Notes: generated by a model from the sequence alone, not told the origin. DNA of 64,000 nucleotides from Heptranchias perlo (GCF_035084215.1 NW_027139581.1:2294001-2358000), one strand, 5' to 3'; positions 49,163-62,975 are shown, counted from the first letter of the stretch. Translations and numbers: made by a program.

Positions 49163-50384
49163 CAGAAACTGTACATGTAAATTAATTTCAAAATTTACAG
49201 CGCCTCTGCTCACTTTTGATTCCAATTTGAAATCTCCGGAACTGAATAATTAAGGACAGATTCTGCGCGCTGTGCAATTTAATTACACACAGTCAATGAT
49301 GTATATATACTTTTTATGTGTATATATTAAACATATGATATTATATATGGTACGTTCCCTGGAGATAGATATATATACATATATTTCATGTTTTTAATTT
49401 AACGTGAATGCAGTGTTGGAATTACAGTCAGACCAGATCTGTTTGTAACTATATTTCCCCGTCTCAGTGTTCGTTGCTGTTGTTCGCTTTGATTATAAAC
49501 GAACAGCTTTCAGTATTCCCGAGTCCTGTAAAGAAAGAATCATTTAATAAAATGCTTGTATTTTATCTGTTATTCTGTTCCTCATATCAATAACCGCCTG
49601 TATATTTTTGCGGAAGTAGCACATATTCCCCAGCCTACTGCCGGATTACAGTAGGTTATGGAAAATATCAAGGCTAGAATGGTCTGTACTCGGAATTGAA
49701 AATTATTTCGATAATATCTCAAGGTTCTTACATTCTATAATCGCATTTTATGATATTGTGCAGGGGGGATTTGCAGACAATTAGACTTTAGATGTTATCG
49801 CATGTTAAAGACGTGCTTTTGTTGAGTAGTTAAACCTCGTTTTGTTTAAACCCATACTCAAGCCATATCTGTAAAACATTCCTTGGGGGAAGTCCGTCTT
49901 ACTGTTGTCAGGAAATGGCGAAAACTCACAATGTAATTTACAAGAAGCATCTGCGGGTTCTGTGGAGTAAATCAATGAGCTGTTTCCTGAGAACTGACCG
50001 CAGAGCTGAAAGCCGAGTTCAACCTCCATTCATTGTGAGTAAAGCCGAAAGGTACACAGATCTCCCCAGCAACAAATGATACTTACGTTACAACGAACCC
50101 CATTGGTTGTATTAAGTTGTATTTAGCTGCCTTAGTTCTTTGCCGACCTGTTTTATAAGCATATCATGTACTTCTTCCATTGCTCTCCGTCTCAAATATC
50201 CCATCCAATTCATCACAATCTATCTCCTTCAATTACAATATAAAATTCTGTCATATCTGCCCTTAGACTGAGTTCACAAATGAAAATAGGTCCAACTCCT
50301 TCAGCCCAGCCTGATACCAAAATACCCTGAGACTGGGTGTCATTTTACTTGCCCTGGTCTGCACCTCCTTAGGGCCATGATGGT

Positions 50385-51715
50385 CCCCTCTATCTCCCCT
50401 CTATATAACCCCCTAAATTCCTCTCTATATTCCCCTCTATAATCCCTTCTATGTTCCGTCTATTTTCCACTCAATATTCCCCTATATATACTCCTATATA
50501 TTCCCTCTATTTTCCCCTCTATATTCCCCTCTATATTCCTCTCTATATCCCAGTCGAAAATGCCCCTCTATTTCACCCTCTATGGTCTCCTCTATAGTCC
50601 CATCTGTATCCCCCCTCTATATTTCCTCTACATTCCACTCTACATTCCTCTCAATATTCCCTCTCTGTATCCCCATCCATTTCCCCTCTATACTTCCCCG
50701 GTATTCCACTCTACATTCCTCTCTATATTCCCTCTCCATATCCAACTCTATATTTCCCTCTATATCACCTTCTATATTCTCCTCTATATTCCCATCTATA
50801 TGCCCCTTTATATCCCCCTCTGTATCCCCCTTTATATCTCTCTCTATATCCCCTCTATATTCCCCCTATATACTCTCCTCCATATCCCCCTCCAGATTCC
50901 CTTCGATAACTCCCTCTATTCTTCCCTCTATATCCCCCTATATCCCCTCTATATCCCTCCCTATAATCCCCTCTATGTCACCTCTATATCCCCCACTATA
51001 ATCCCCACAATATTCCCGCTATATCCCCCTATATTGCCCCATCTATATCGCCCTCTATATCCCCTCTGCATTGCCCCTCTATAATCTCCCTATATTCCGC
51101 CGCTAAATTTCCCTCGACATCACCCTCTATATACCCCTCTTTTCCCCCCACTATATCCCCTCTGTATTCCTCTCAATATTCCACCTCTATATCCCCCTCT
51201 ATATTCCCATCCATATTCCCCTCTATATTTCCCCTCTATATTCCCCTCTATATTCCAGTCTATATCCCCTTGTATATCCCCTCTATATTCCTCTCTATAT
51301 TGAACGTCTATCATCCCCCCTTATACCCCTCTCTATTCCCCTTTATATTCTCTCCATATTCCTCTCAATATTCCCTCAATATCGCCCTCCGCACCACCTC
51401 TATTTCTCCCTCTATATCTCCCTCTATAACCTCCGCTATATCCCCTCTGCATTGCCCCTCGATAATCCGCTCTATATTGCCTTTCACATTTCCCTCCATA
51501 TCCCCCTCTGTATACCCCTCTGTAATCCCCTCTATGATCCCCTCTATGTCACCTCTATATCCCCCTCTATAATCCCCTTTGTATCCCCCTCCATAACCCC
51601 CTCTATATTCTCCTCTGTATTCCCTTCTATATTCCCCTCTATAACCCCCTCTATATTCTCTTCTGTATCCCCCCCTATTTTTCCCTCTATATCCCCCTCT
51701 ATATTCCCCTCCACC
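50385..51715. repeat. ~12-bp pyrimidine-rich degenerate tandem repeat (TATATTCCCCTC)n inside an old LINE fragment
   Basis: Read directly. The two flanks are contiguous pieces of a minus-strand LINE ORF2 3' region. Confidence 0.92.
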
Positions 51716-52049
51716 ATGTATGGGCACCAGTATGAATGCAATGCTCCAAGTGTGACTCTGTCAAGAACTTGCAGAAAATTAGAAAGTGTATTGAGTGAGT
51801 CATTAAGGGAAGACTATTTCCTCTATTTGGGGAGTCAGCAATGAGGGGTCACCAATATAAATTGTCTATCAGAGAATGAGGAAGTGACTTGACGGTATGG
51901 AGGTTGGAAGAGAAATCATTGGTAAAGATACTCTGGTTACAAGCAGGTGCGCAAGGTTGATCAAAGCAAGTTAAGTCCCGCCGAGCTGGACGACAGAGGA
52001 AAGGCGTTGAAGGAGGATGGTGTGATTAAGGCATGTGGATCATAGTCAC

Positions 52050-52385
52050 TGCACTTAGTCACACCGTCATCTTTCTCCCTCTGTTGTTGTCTCTCTGTAA
52101 CGTTCACTGCACTCGGGCACACCTTTAGCTATCACTCACAAAAACCAGTCGAACTTTTATCTATCTCCCTCTTGGTGTCTCTGTCAATTACTGTACTCAG
52201 TGTCACCTTTATTATATACCTCTGTTGTTGTCTCTCTGTATCGTTCACTGCACTCAGTCGCACCTTTATCTATTTAGCTCTGTTGTTGTCTCTCTGTATC
52301 GTTCACTGCACTCAGTCACACCTTTATCTATTTCGCTCTGTTGATGTATCTCTGTATCACTGTACTCAATCACAGCTTTAGCTAT
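52050..52385. repeat. Degenerate ~58-bp tandem repeat
   Basis: CTCTGTTGTTGTCTCTCTGTATCGTTCACTGCACTCAGTCACACCTTTATCTAT recurs ~5 times. Confidence 0.8.
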
Positions 52386-52394
52386 CTCCCTCCA

Positions 52395-53150
52395 TTTGTG
52401 TCCCTCGAGCCTGTTCCACCATTCATTTAGATCATGACTGATCTGTATCTTCACTCCATTTACCCACCTTGGTCCCATATTCCTTAACACCCTTACCTAG
52501 CAAAAATCTATCATTCTCAGTTTTTCAATTTCGAATTGACCTTGCATGAACAGCTTTTTGGGAGAGACAGTTCCAGGTTTGCACTGCCCTTTGTGTGAAG
52601 AAGTGATTCCTGACATCACCCCTGAACGGCCTAGCTCTAATTTTAAGATTATGCCCCCTTGTTTGGATTCCCCCACAAGAGCAAATAGTTTCTCTCTATC
52701 GACCCAATCAAATCCTTCAATCGTTGTAAGCACCTCAATTACATCACGCTTTAATCTTCGAGACTCGAGGGAATACCGGCCAAGTCAATGCAATCTGTTC
52801 TCAGCATTTAACCCTTTTAGCCCCACTATAATTCTGGTGAATCTGCCCTGCACCCCTTCCAAGGTCAAAATATCCTTCCTGAGGTGCGGTGCCCAGAACT
52901 GAACGCAGTGCACTAATTGGGGTCTAACCAGAGATTTATACAACTGTAGCATAACTCCGATAACATAACATATTTACCATAGTTCTGCCGATGGTATTAT
53001 TTTTTACGTCTTTCTTTAATCCCTGGGCTGCTTCCTGCTGTCGGCCACTTTCTCCACCCTGACCAACTTCCCATGAAGTTACCGAATGAAAGTAATTTAT
53101 GAAGATCGCAAACAGTAAGGCCGCCAGTGCTAATCCCTTAGGCACTCCAC
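52395..53150 (-). mobile_element. CR1 3' fragment
   Basis: DWVDREKLFALVGES and a decayed GVPQGSVLGPLLF.I.IN motif at ~53095-53150. Confidence 0.8.
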
Positions 53151-53460
53151 TGAGTTCACATGTTCAGCCGGATATCCGTTCAGTAAGGCCGCCACTGCTT
53201 ATCCCTAAGGCACTCTACTGAGTTCACATATCCAGCCGGATATCCGTTCAGTCAGGCCGCCACTGCTAATCCCTGAGGCACTCTATTGAGTTCACATGTC
53301 CAGCCGGATATCCGTTCAATAAGGCCGCCAGTGCTAATCCCTTAGGCACTCCACTGAGTACACATGTCCAGCCGGATATGCGTTCAGTCAGGCCGCCACT
53401 GCTGATCCCTGAGGCGCTCTGTTGAGTTCACATGTCCAGCCGGATACCGTTCAGTAAGCC
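53113..53460. repeat. 68-bp tandem repeat, 5 copies, derived from CR1 RT sequence
   Basis: Units start at 53113, 53181, 53249, 53317 and 53385. Confidence 0.93.
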
Positions 53461-54922
53461 AGACCCACTCCATGCTCGCTTTCAACCAAACCCGAATCGC
53501 CTACAAATGTTACCTGCAATGCACATGGAAATCTTTCAGTAAATCTGGGAAGTCTTTACTCAGAGACGTGTGAACATATTAATGGCCTGTGAGAGGAAAT
53601 AGTGGGGATTAATTGGATCAGAAAGTTCCAGGGAGAATGGGTGTGTGAGAGAGAGCTGAAGAATAAAGAGAGACTGAGCGGTGCATACGCACCTGGTGAA
53701 TCATTGACTCGAGGTGGATGAAAGGTATTGTGTATTATATTTACTAAACACTGGGATCAGTAAGATGGGCTGCAATTACCGTTTCTGTCTGTAAAACCTG
53801 TATTCCGATGTACCAATAACAGAGCATACGAATTTCAAATGTCCACTTGGAATGTCACATCCTGAAAAAAGTCAAGAGGTTTGACAAGATAGGATCTGTC
53901 CCTCTCTAAATTCCTGGACTGACACTTCCTGGAGAATTTCGGTATAACCTCTTCACAATGTTGTTCTTTCTGGTCCCTTTCAATGATTCTGCTGCACTGC
54001 TGTAAAATTAGTTTGCCGAAATCTAACAATTTGTTTTGTCACCTTCCTTGAAATAGGTCCGACATTGGCGAGTTCTCGTTGCAGTGGAACCTCTCCCGCA
54101 TTTATTCACTCATTAATTATTACTGTCAACCATTGATAGATCTTGGCCCAGGAGTAATGGTATTGTGAAGTTGGGCCGTATCTCCGACGTTGCGGGATTT
54201 CTGCCAACTACAAAGAGGTGACTCTTACCGCTGCCGATTTTCCGCCTCTCGAGATCATTTACAGAATTGTTGGCAGCTAATTAACCTTTATTGTTGAGGG
54301 GGATATAGAGGGAGGGAACACTGGTGTTTGACCTTGGCCCCGCTCAAGCTTTGGGGCCTGAAGTTTACAACATTTGTCCCTGCGGATTAATCGGCTTTGA
54401 ACCTATAAAGAAGGTCCATGAAAGTGAGATCAAAGTCATTGAGTTGTAGAATATCTTTTTATGAGTTCGCTGCTACTAGTAGCTTTTTAGTGATTTTGTT
54501 TTCCACGAAATAATAATGACGAACTATTCCCTTTGAAATTGAGCTGCATTTCCAATAATGTCCCGGGCACGCATGCGCACGCGCACACGGGGCCGACAAA
54601 GAGCTGACTCTCAGCGACACCGATGCGACCTTGAGAACGTCCATTAGGGGCCGCGCCAGACCAAACCAAGTGATTTTCTCCCGCTGCAGCTCTCAATTCG
54701 CCGAACAGCAGGGCAGCTGAAATGTGAAACAAGAGGGAAGGGAATCTCCATCCCTCAGACTCGCTTCTCTTTGTTTCAATCAGTTTGAACATATCCCAAA
54801 AGATATTACTGAGATTGCGGCATGTGCTTCACGTTCATCAATTTTGGTCAAGCTATTTTCTTCATAACAGTGCACCCTGCAATATCTATCAATCTGTGTA
54901 TCTGTGTAATATATCCTTCACA

Positions 54923-55059
54923 NNNNNNNNNNNNNNNNNNNNNNNNNNNNNNNNNNNNNNNNNNNNNNNNNNNNNNNNNNNNNNNNNNNNNNNNNNNNNN
55001 NNNNNNNNNNNNNNNNNNNNNNNNNNNNNNNNNNNNNNNNNNNNNNNNNNNNNNNNNNN
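54923..55059. other. N gap (137 nt)
   Basis: Run of N flanked by TATC/GATA-like simple sequence. Confidence 0.99.
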
Positions 55060-57159
55060 GATTGACAGATGGACGGATACCAATATAAATATAGATATAT
55101 ATATATTTGCGAGGGTGGGAGCATACAATAATTTTTGGTTGGACGCATACGTTTATTCTTGTTAATAGCTATCAGCAGCTGCGTGCAATTTGTAATGTAT
55201 CTCCTATTATGTCGTAATATTCGCGTTGAAAGGCTGGGGATGAATCTTGCAACAATCTTCCAGAGACGATTGGGGATTGAGGGGGTCTATAGAGGAGGGA
55301 CAGCGCTATTAGTGGTAAAATCTGTTGTGTGAAAGTTTACTAATGCACACTTGTATTGTGCTGTGCTAATTGATCGCAGTTGTTTTTATGTTAAGGATCT
55401 TTTTCCTGCAGTATTTTCTAAATAGCTGACACTGATTCTGTGAGGCAGAGCCCGGAACTGTGCACTCACAGCACCACCGTTTGGGCTGCTGCAGGGTCCT
55501 AAACCCCTCAAACTGCTTAACTCTCATCTGGTTCAGAGGAACAACTGAAAAGAGCACAATCAAAGTGTTTGCTTTTTGTAATAGTGTGTGTGAGTGTACA
55601 ACAAATATCATTCTTAATGGTTACAAGTACATTCCACATGGATAAATTATTATCTTCACCAATTATTTTCAGCATTTTTTTTTCTGTTATTATAAATGTC
55701 ATTGCAGATCGTTTATATCTTTAACATGTATTTATAACTCTTCGTCAGAAAACGATGTCATGCTGACCATTCTGTTACCAAGGCAAGCTTGTCCCAAGTA
55801 TTCTGTTGGAAAAGTGATGAGATCACACAATGAATAGCTGAACCTATCCTAGAATCATATAATGTGCGACACTGAAGGCCGCCGTTTGGCAATAGCGGCG
55901 CTTCCTCTTCAAATGTGCCTTCGGATCTCATGTTCCTGCGATTTACGGTGTATTTTTGATATTTTTCCTCTCAAATACTTAACCAATTCACCTTCAATCG
56001 TCGAGATGGTTAAAACAATCCAGGGACCTTCTGCGTGAAAAGAAATCTCCCAGCGCATCCTCCTGCTCTCCTCCTGATAACACTGATCCCATACCGCGTG
56101 AATGGCCAACCAGTGGAAGCAATCTTTTATTATTTACCCTTTGTGCTCTATGATTCTCGGATGATCTCTAAAACTGTGTTGCTGTTTGGAATATACTATC
56201 TTTCAATATTTTTCCCCAAAAATGTGTTACTTCACATTTCCTTGCATTCAACAGCATTTGTCACCTCTCTCCTCTTTCTACTAACCGGCCTATGTCCTGT
56301 AATCTTCTGAATTATTTTTCATAGCTTTGGGATTATAATTTGGAACCATCAGCAAACTGTGATAGCATTCGTCTTTTGTCGATATCCAAACCATTTGTGT
56401 AAATGTCAATTAAAACAGAAAAAGAAAAGGGGCCCGAGCACAGATCCCTACAGTCTGCCACTGACCACATCATGTGAATGCAAAAACAAAATCCAGTTAC
56501 CCCTACACTTTCACTTCAGCCCCTCAGCCACCGCTCTGTCCAGATAGCCACATTCCCTTTACTACCATGTGCCTTGCTTTTTGCAAAAAGTCTCTTATGT
56601 GACACCTCAGGAAACGTCTTCTAAAAATCCATAGATAAAAACAGGCCCTTTCCCTTCATCTGTGCTCCAGTTGAAATCCTCAAGCACAACCTGTACTTGA
56701 TCGATCCACGCTGTCTGTCCCTGATCAGCCCACGCCTTTCTCAGTGTTCATTAATATCATCCCGTATAATGGACTGCAGCGGTGAAATGTTCCTCTTTAA
56801 TGTTCCAGGGATAGAGTATTCACTGGGGACGGTGCATTGAGGGAACTCAACGCCTGCTACCATGGAGTCTCTCTGGTTTCTTGTCAAGTGATCATCTCAG
56901 CATCACACAAAAGTTCCTGACATAAACCTGGAGTGTGTGATGATTTGTGCAAGTGATGGTAAAAATGAAAGTAAGATTAATAAGTGTGTAATTCTCTCAC
57001 TTAATTATTTCCGTTGATGAAGGCAATGCAACACTTGCTACTCTCCAGCGACGTTAGGTCTATTTCTGTTTCCACAGTCTTTTTTTGACCATTACCTCCA
57101 CTATTTCCCTCGCAACCTCTTCCAATTTTTTGGACGCGGAACTACAAGGGCCTGCTGAT

Positions 57160-57990
57160 CCGTGGCAGACGAAATTCAACGCAGAAAGGTGTGAAGTGAT
57201 ACATCTCTGTGGGAAGAACTAGGAGAAGCAATATAAACTAAAGGGCACAATTCTAAAAGGAGTGCAGGAACAGAGAGATCTGGGGGTGCACAAATCGTTG
57301 AAGGTCGCAGGGCAGGTTGAGAAAGCAGGTTGATAAAGCATCGGGGATCGTGGTCTCTATAAATAGAGGCATGGAGTACAAAGGCAAGGAGGTTGTGATG
57401 AACCTTTATAAAACACTGGTTGGACCACAACTGGAATATTGGGTCCAGTTCTGGGCACTGAACTTTAGGAAGGATATGAAGGCCTTAGAGAGGGTGCAGA
57501 AAAGATTTACTAGAATGATTCCAGGGATGAGGGACTTCAGTTACCTGCATAGACTGGAAAAGCTGAGGATGTGCTCCTTAGAGCAGAGATGGTTTAGAGG
57601 AGATTTGAGAAAGGTATTCAGAATCACGAAGGCTCTGGAGAGAGTAGATAGAGAGAAAATGTTCCCATTGGCGGAGCGGTCAAGAATCAGAGGACATAGA
57701 TTTAAGGTGATTGGCAAAAGAACCAAAGGCGAGATGAGAAAAAACTTTTTTTGACACAGCGAGTGGTTGTGATCTGGAATGCACTGCCTGAGGTGGTGGT
57801 GGAGGCAGATTCAATCATGGCCTTCAAAAGGGAACTGGATAAGTACTTGAAGGGAAAAACATTTCGGGGATACGGGCATATGGCAGGGGAGTGGGACTAG
57901 CTGGATTGCTCTTGCAGACAGCCGGCACGGACTCGACGGGTCGAATGGCCTCCTTCCGTGCTGTAATATTTCTATGATTCCATGATTATG
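57160..57990 (+). mobile_element. CR1 3' fragment
   Basis: ORF 57317-57754 (YKTLVGPQLEY.VQFW..VQKRFTRMIPG) plus the tail. Confidence 0.92.
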
Positions 57991-58594
57991 AACGTAGATA
58001 TTGCCTTCACTAATTTGCCCTATAACTTGTAGAAATGGACCAAAAACAATTGTTGTTTGAATTCGTTGAGAGATTTGCATTTCTCTCTCTCTCTTTATTC
58101 TGGGTTGTGTTGGGGGAACATGTGGTGCTGATTTTCGGTGCTCAATACTCTAATCTGGGACTTCTATTTCTGTGATTATTTACATAAGCGCCTTTGGTTT
58201 CGGTGAAATGTTCACGGCAGCAAACCCAGATCATCAAACTCAGTTATTGATTTGTTTGAACTCACAAATAGGTTTTACTTTCAGAATATTGACAGTTTGG
58301 TCCAAAGAAATAGAAATGTCTCGAACAGTGGCATCGGTGGCGGTTTTGTTCAATTAGAACAGATGTTATTTGTATCAAAGGGGAACACGATTAAATTAAG
58401 AACCCAGTTCGGCTGCAGAAATCAATAGAACATTCCTAAAGAGGCTGGTGTTCCTCTGGATGTCAACTTTGTGGAACATTTAACCCATGTAAAGTTAACA
58501 GGTTAAAGCAATGACCAGAGCAATGTTCTACAGACGCATTAATCTCTGAGCTTTTAACATATCGCAACTTGTATTTTCAAATGTTGACATTTAA

Positions 58595-59280
58595 AAAGAA
58601 AGACTTGCATTTATATAGCGCCTTTCATGACCTCCGGACGTCCCAAAGTGCTTTGCAGCCCATGAAGTACTTCTGAAGTGTGGTCACTGTTGAATGTAGG
58701 AAATACGGCAGCCAATTTGCGCACAGCAAGATCCCACTAACAGCAATGCGATAATGAATACTGAACGAGAGGGATAGAGGGAGCAATAGAGAGAATGGGA
58801 GAGAGTGAGAAACGGAAGAAGTGGGAGAGACAGAAGGAAACAGACAGAGAGAGGGAGAGACAGGGAAAACAGAGATGGAGAGAGAGAGAGACAGGGGGAG
58901 ACAGAAAAGGGAGATAGGGGCAACAGTGAGAGAGAGAAAGAATGAGAAAGGTAGGTGGAAACAGAAAGGCAGAGGAAGAGATGGGGAAACAGTTAGGGAG
59001 AGAGCAAGATGGAGAAAGATACAGCAGCCAATTTTTGAACAGTAAGATCCCACATGGAGCAATGAGATAAATGACCAGATGATCTGTTTCAGTGATGTTG
59101 ATTTAGTGATAAACATTGGCGCAGGAGAAACCCCCTGCTCTTCTTCAAAATAGTATCATGGGATTTTTCACGTCCACCTGGGAGGACAGACAGTGCCTCA
59201 ATTTATCGTCTCATCCAAAAGAATGCACTTCTGACAGTGCAGCACTCCCCCAGTACTGCACTGGATTGTCATCCAATATT
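58595..59280 (-). mobile_element. Deu-domain SINE interrupted by a GA-rich tract (~58765-59020)
   Basis: Same family as 36125-36560. A ~50-nt segment (GCAGCCAATTT...AAGATCCCAC...AGCAATG) occurs on both sides of the GA tract. Confidence 0.75.
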
Positions 59281-59299
59281 AGCTCAATTCTCTGCCTTT

Positions 59300-62045
59300 G
59301 GCCCATATCCCTTAATACCTTTGGTTGCCAAAAAGCTATCTATCTCAGATTTAAATGCAGCAATTGAGCTGAGATAGATTTGTCTTACACTGACCCGTTT
59401 CCTCAACTACTTCTTACAACATTCTAACCACTCTTTGGGTAAAGAAGTTTCCCTTGAATTCCCTATTGGATTTATTAGTGACTATCTTATATCTATGGTC
59501 CCTTGTTCTGGACTCCCCCGCAAGTGGAATCATCTTCTCTATATCTACCCTATCAAACCCTTTCATAATCTTAAAGACCTCTGTCAGGTGACCCCTCAGT
59601 CTTCTCTATTTTAGAGAAGAGAGTCTCAGCCTGTTCAATTTTTCCTGAGGTTCAACCTCTCGATTGTGGTATCAGCCTGGTGAATCTTTTCTGCACCTTC
59701 TCCAGTGCCCCATAGCCTTTTATAATATGGAGATCAGAACTGTTCATAGGACTCCAAGTGTGGTCTAACCAAGGTTCTATACAAGTTTAACATAAATTCT
59801 CTGCATTCAAATTCTACTCCTCGAGAAATGAACCCCAGTGCTTGGTTTGCTTTTTTATGGCCTTAATAACCTGCATCACTACTTTTAGTGATTTGTGTAT
59901 CGATACTCCCAGGTCCCTCTGCTACTCTACCCCATTTAGATTCTTATTTGCCAAGGAGTATGTGGCCTCCTTATTCTTCCTATCTAAATGTACCACCTCA
60001 CAATTATCTCTATTGAAATTCATTTGCCAATTACTCGCCCATTCTGCAGGTTCCTGTTTTATGTCGCAGTCCTCTCCAGTATTAACTATATCACCCTCAC
60101 CCCTTTCCCCCAATTTGGGACATCTGCAAATTTTGAAATTGTACTTCCGATTCCTGAGTCCAAATCGTTTATATAAATGGTGAACAACAGTGATCCCAGC
60201 CCGGATCCTTGTGGAACACCACTTCCCACCTTTTGCCAGTCTGAGTAACTACCTTTAACCCCGACTCTCTGTTTTCTCTTTTGTAGCCAGCTTGCTACCC
60301 ATCCTGCTACTTGTCCCCTGACTCCACATCTTATCGAAGGCCTTTTGAAAATCCAAATATATTACATCCACTGAATTACCCTTGTCTACACTTTCTGTTA
60401 CTTCTTCAAAGAATTCAATAAGGTTGGTCATCCATAACCTTCCATTTTGAAATCCGTGCTCACTATTCTTTATTATATTTACGGTTTCTAGATGTTTTCC
60501 TATAATATCTGTGAGTAAGGATTCCATTATCTTTCCTATTATCGACGTTAAGCTTCTTGATCAATAGTTCCTTGGACTTTTTCTATCTCCCTTCTTCAAT
60601 ATAGGAATCACATTAGCTGTCTGCCAGTCCTCTGGTACTATTCCCTTTTCGAATGCCTGTTTATATACATGTAAAAGTGCCTCTGCTATCTCTTCTCTAA
60701 CTTCCTTTAATATGCGCGGATGCAATCTATCCGGACCAGGGGTTTTATCCACTCTAAGTTTGATGAGTTTATCAATTATCTTTTTTGATCTCTTCTTCCA
60801 ATGCCATGCCCACCCTGATAAATACTGAGGCAAAGTAATTGTTTAATATTTCTGCAGTTTCACTGTCATGACCTGTGAGTTTATGGTGTGTATCCCTTAA
60901 TGGCCCCATCCCTGTCCTGATTGTTCTTTTGTTATTTTTGTGTCTATCGCATACTTTACTATTTCTTTAGATAATCCTTGAAAATATAATTTCATCGTTT
61001 CTCTTTACCTTGCTTATTGGTTTGTTTTACTTCTTTCCTAACTTTCTCCTATTCCCCTTTGCCATCCTCTCATTTGTTATCTGTGTACTTAGTGCTCGTT
61101 TTTTTTCAGTTTGAATTTTGCCCTTATTTCATTATTCATCCATGGTGTATCTTCACTGCCTGGTTTGTTCTTGCTTTTTAGTGGGATACATTTCTCCTGG
61201 ACTCTATCGATAACTGTTTTAAATGTTGCCCACTTCTGTTCTATTTCTTTGTTTGTCAGTAAAGTTTTCCAGTTTATTTTCCCTCGTTCCAGCGGTACAG
61301 CTCCTTCCTGTTCTAGTCCTGGTGCCAGTGTCCCATGAAATGGAACCCCTCCTTCCCACACCACTCTTTCAGACACGCATTCACCTTCCTGATCTGTATA
61401 TCCCTCCGCCATTTAGCACGTGGCTCGGGTTGTAATCCTGAGATTACCATCTGTAAGCTTCTGCTTCTTAAGTTAGTTCGTAGTTTCTGATATTCCCTCA
61501 GCAGGACCTCCTCCCGTTTCTTCCTTATGTCATTGGTGAGGACCTGGACCATGACAACTGGATCCACCCCATTTTTTTCCAAGTCCCTCTCCAGTTGCTC
61601 CGGGATATTTACCCTTGCACCCGGTAGGAAACACAGCCTCCTGTTCCTGACTGCAGAGGACGCTATCTATCCACTGATTATAGAATCCCCAGTGACTTCA
61701 ACCTTTCTATCCTGATCTTCCCGCCTTGGACTGCCTCATGCTCCACGGTGCCATGGTTAGGATTCTGGGCATCCTCCCTGCAGCCTTCACCCTCATCCTC
61801 ACAGGTATCAAGTACCTCGTACCCGTTGGATAGGACCAGTGTCTGCGGGACCTCCTTCTCTACCTCCCCCTCCCTTATGTGTTGGAGTGTCTCTAACTCA
61901 CACTCCAGCTCAAAGACTCTTAGCTGCAGTGTCTCAATCCAGAGACATTTACTGCAGATGTGTCAATCTGGGACGGTCTCACTGTCTACAAACTCCCACA
62001 TATTGCAGTCCCGACATACAGCCTGTACTGCTATTTCTAGCTTTT
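59300..62045 (-). mobile_element. Degenerate CR1 with ORF1 (Cys-rich and esterase-like) and internally deleted ORF2
   Basis: 5' AVCRDCNMWEF..HICSKC, then V.TNDIRK..VISGL.PEP.A..N..LKEWC..EGF, then TPWMN, KTPGPD, YLDFQKAFDK and the 3' region. Confidence 0.88.
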
Positions 62046-62839
62046 ATTTGCTTATTTATTGATCGGTAGTTTATTTCTCGGACTAATACAATCGCTTGAG
62101 ATCTAGATTTATTTAGTAGATGGATTTAGCTTGATTTCTAATTAATTAGAAATTAACTCCCATCTTCACAACACAGAGATCCTCTCCATCACAAAATCAC
62201 ATACTGCCAAAATCAAAGAGCCCTTACCATCATTAACTTCCATATCCGCACCACCCAGCTTCTTTCAGTGACTAAATCCCAAACTCTCAGCACCCACGTT
62301 CCTTTCTGTTGCTCAATCCCATACCGGAATTACCCAGCCTCATTGCCAAAACGAAGTCACGTGCTTCCAATCCCTTTGACCGTTCCCACCAGCATGTTCC
62401 ACTCTCCCATCACGCCAGCTCTGGCCATCACTTTGCCAGTACTCCCAGTATCCTGGTCCTTGTAAAGTTCGATGTCCTCATTATGCCCTGGGAGTAGCTT
62501 CAAATTCCTTATCCTCAACTTTCAACTCCTCCATATCTCCCTCACTCACCCCTAGAAACCTCCTTCAGCTGTATGTCCCTGTACACACGCTCTGCTGTTA
62601 CATAACTGATTTAATTTAATTCTGGGATCTCATTTTTGCACCTCCGACATTAGTAACCACTCTTCAGTTACTATCCTCCTGGCTCATGGAGCTCGATTGG
62701 TAAACAGCTCCAACTTGCCCCCTCCCTTCCTGTTTAGAAATGCCTCCTAAAAACCCTTATCGTTTGACGGTGCTTTCATCCCTCCAAGGATTCTGGCTCT
62801 ACCTCTCCCTCCTAATTGTTGCCCATGTATTTTCTTTCT

Positions 62840-62975
62840 TGCTGAAAAATTTGCAGGGCTATGGGGTAAGAGCAGGAAAGTGGGACTAATGAATAGCTCT
62901 TTCAAAGAGCCAGCACAGGCACGATGGTCCGAATGGCCTCCTGCTGTGCTGTTTCATTCTATGATTCTATGATTC
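62840..62975 (+). mobile_element. CR1 3' tail fragment
   Basis: GCAGGGCTATGGGG..CCGAATGGCCTCCT..(ATTCTATG)n. Confidence 0.8.

Noticed and set aside
50560-51844. Pro/Ile/Tyr-rich and GGYRGEYR ORFs
   Set aside because: They are translations of the 12-bp repeat.
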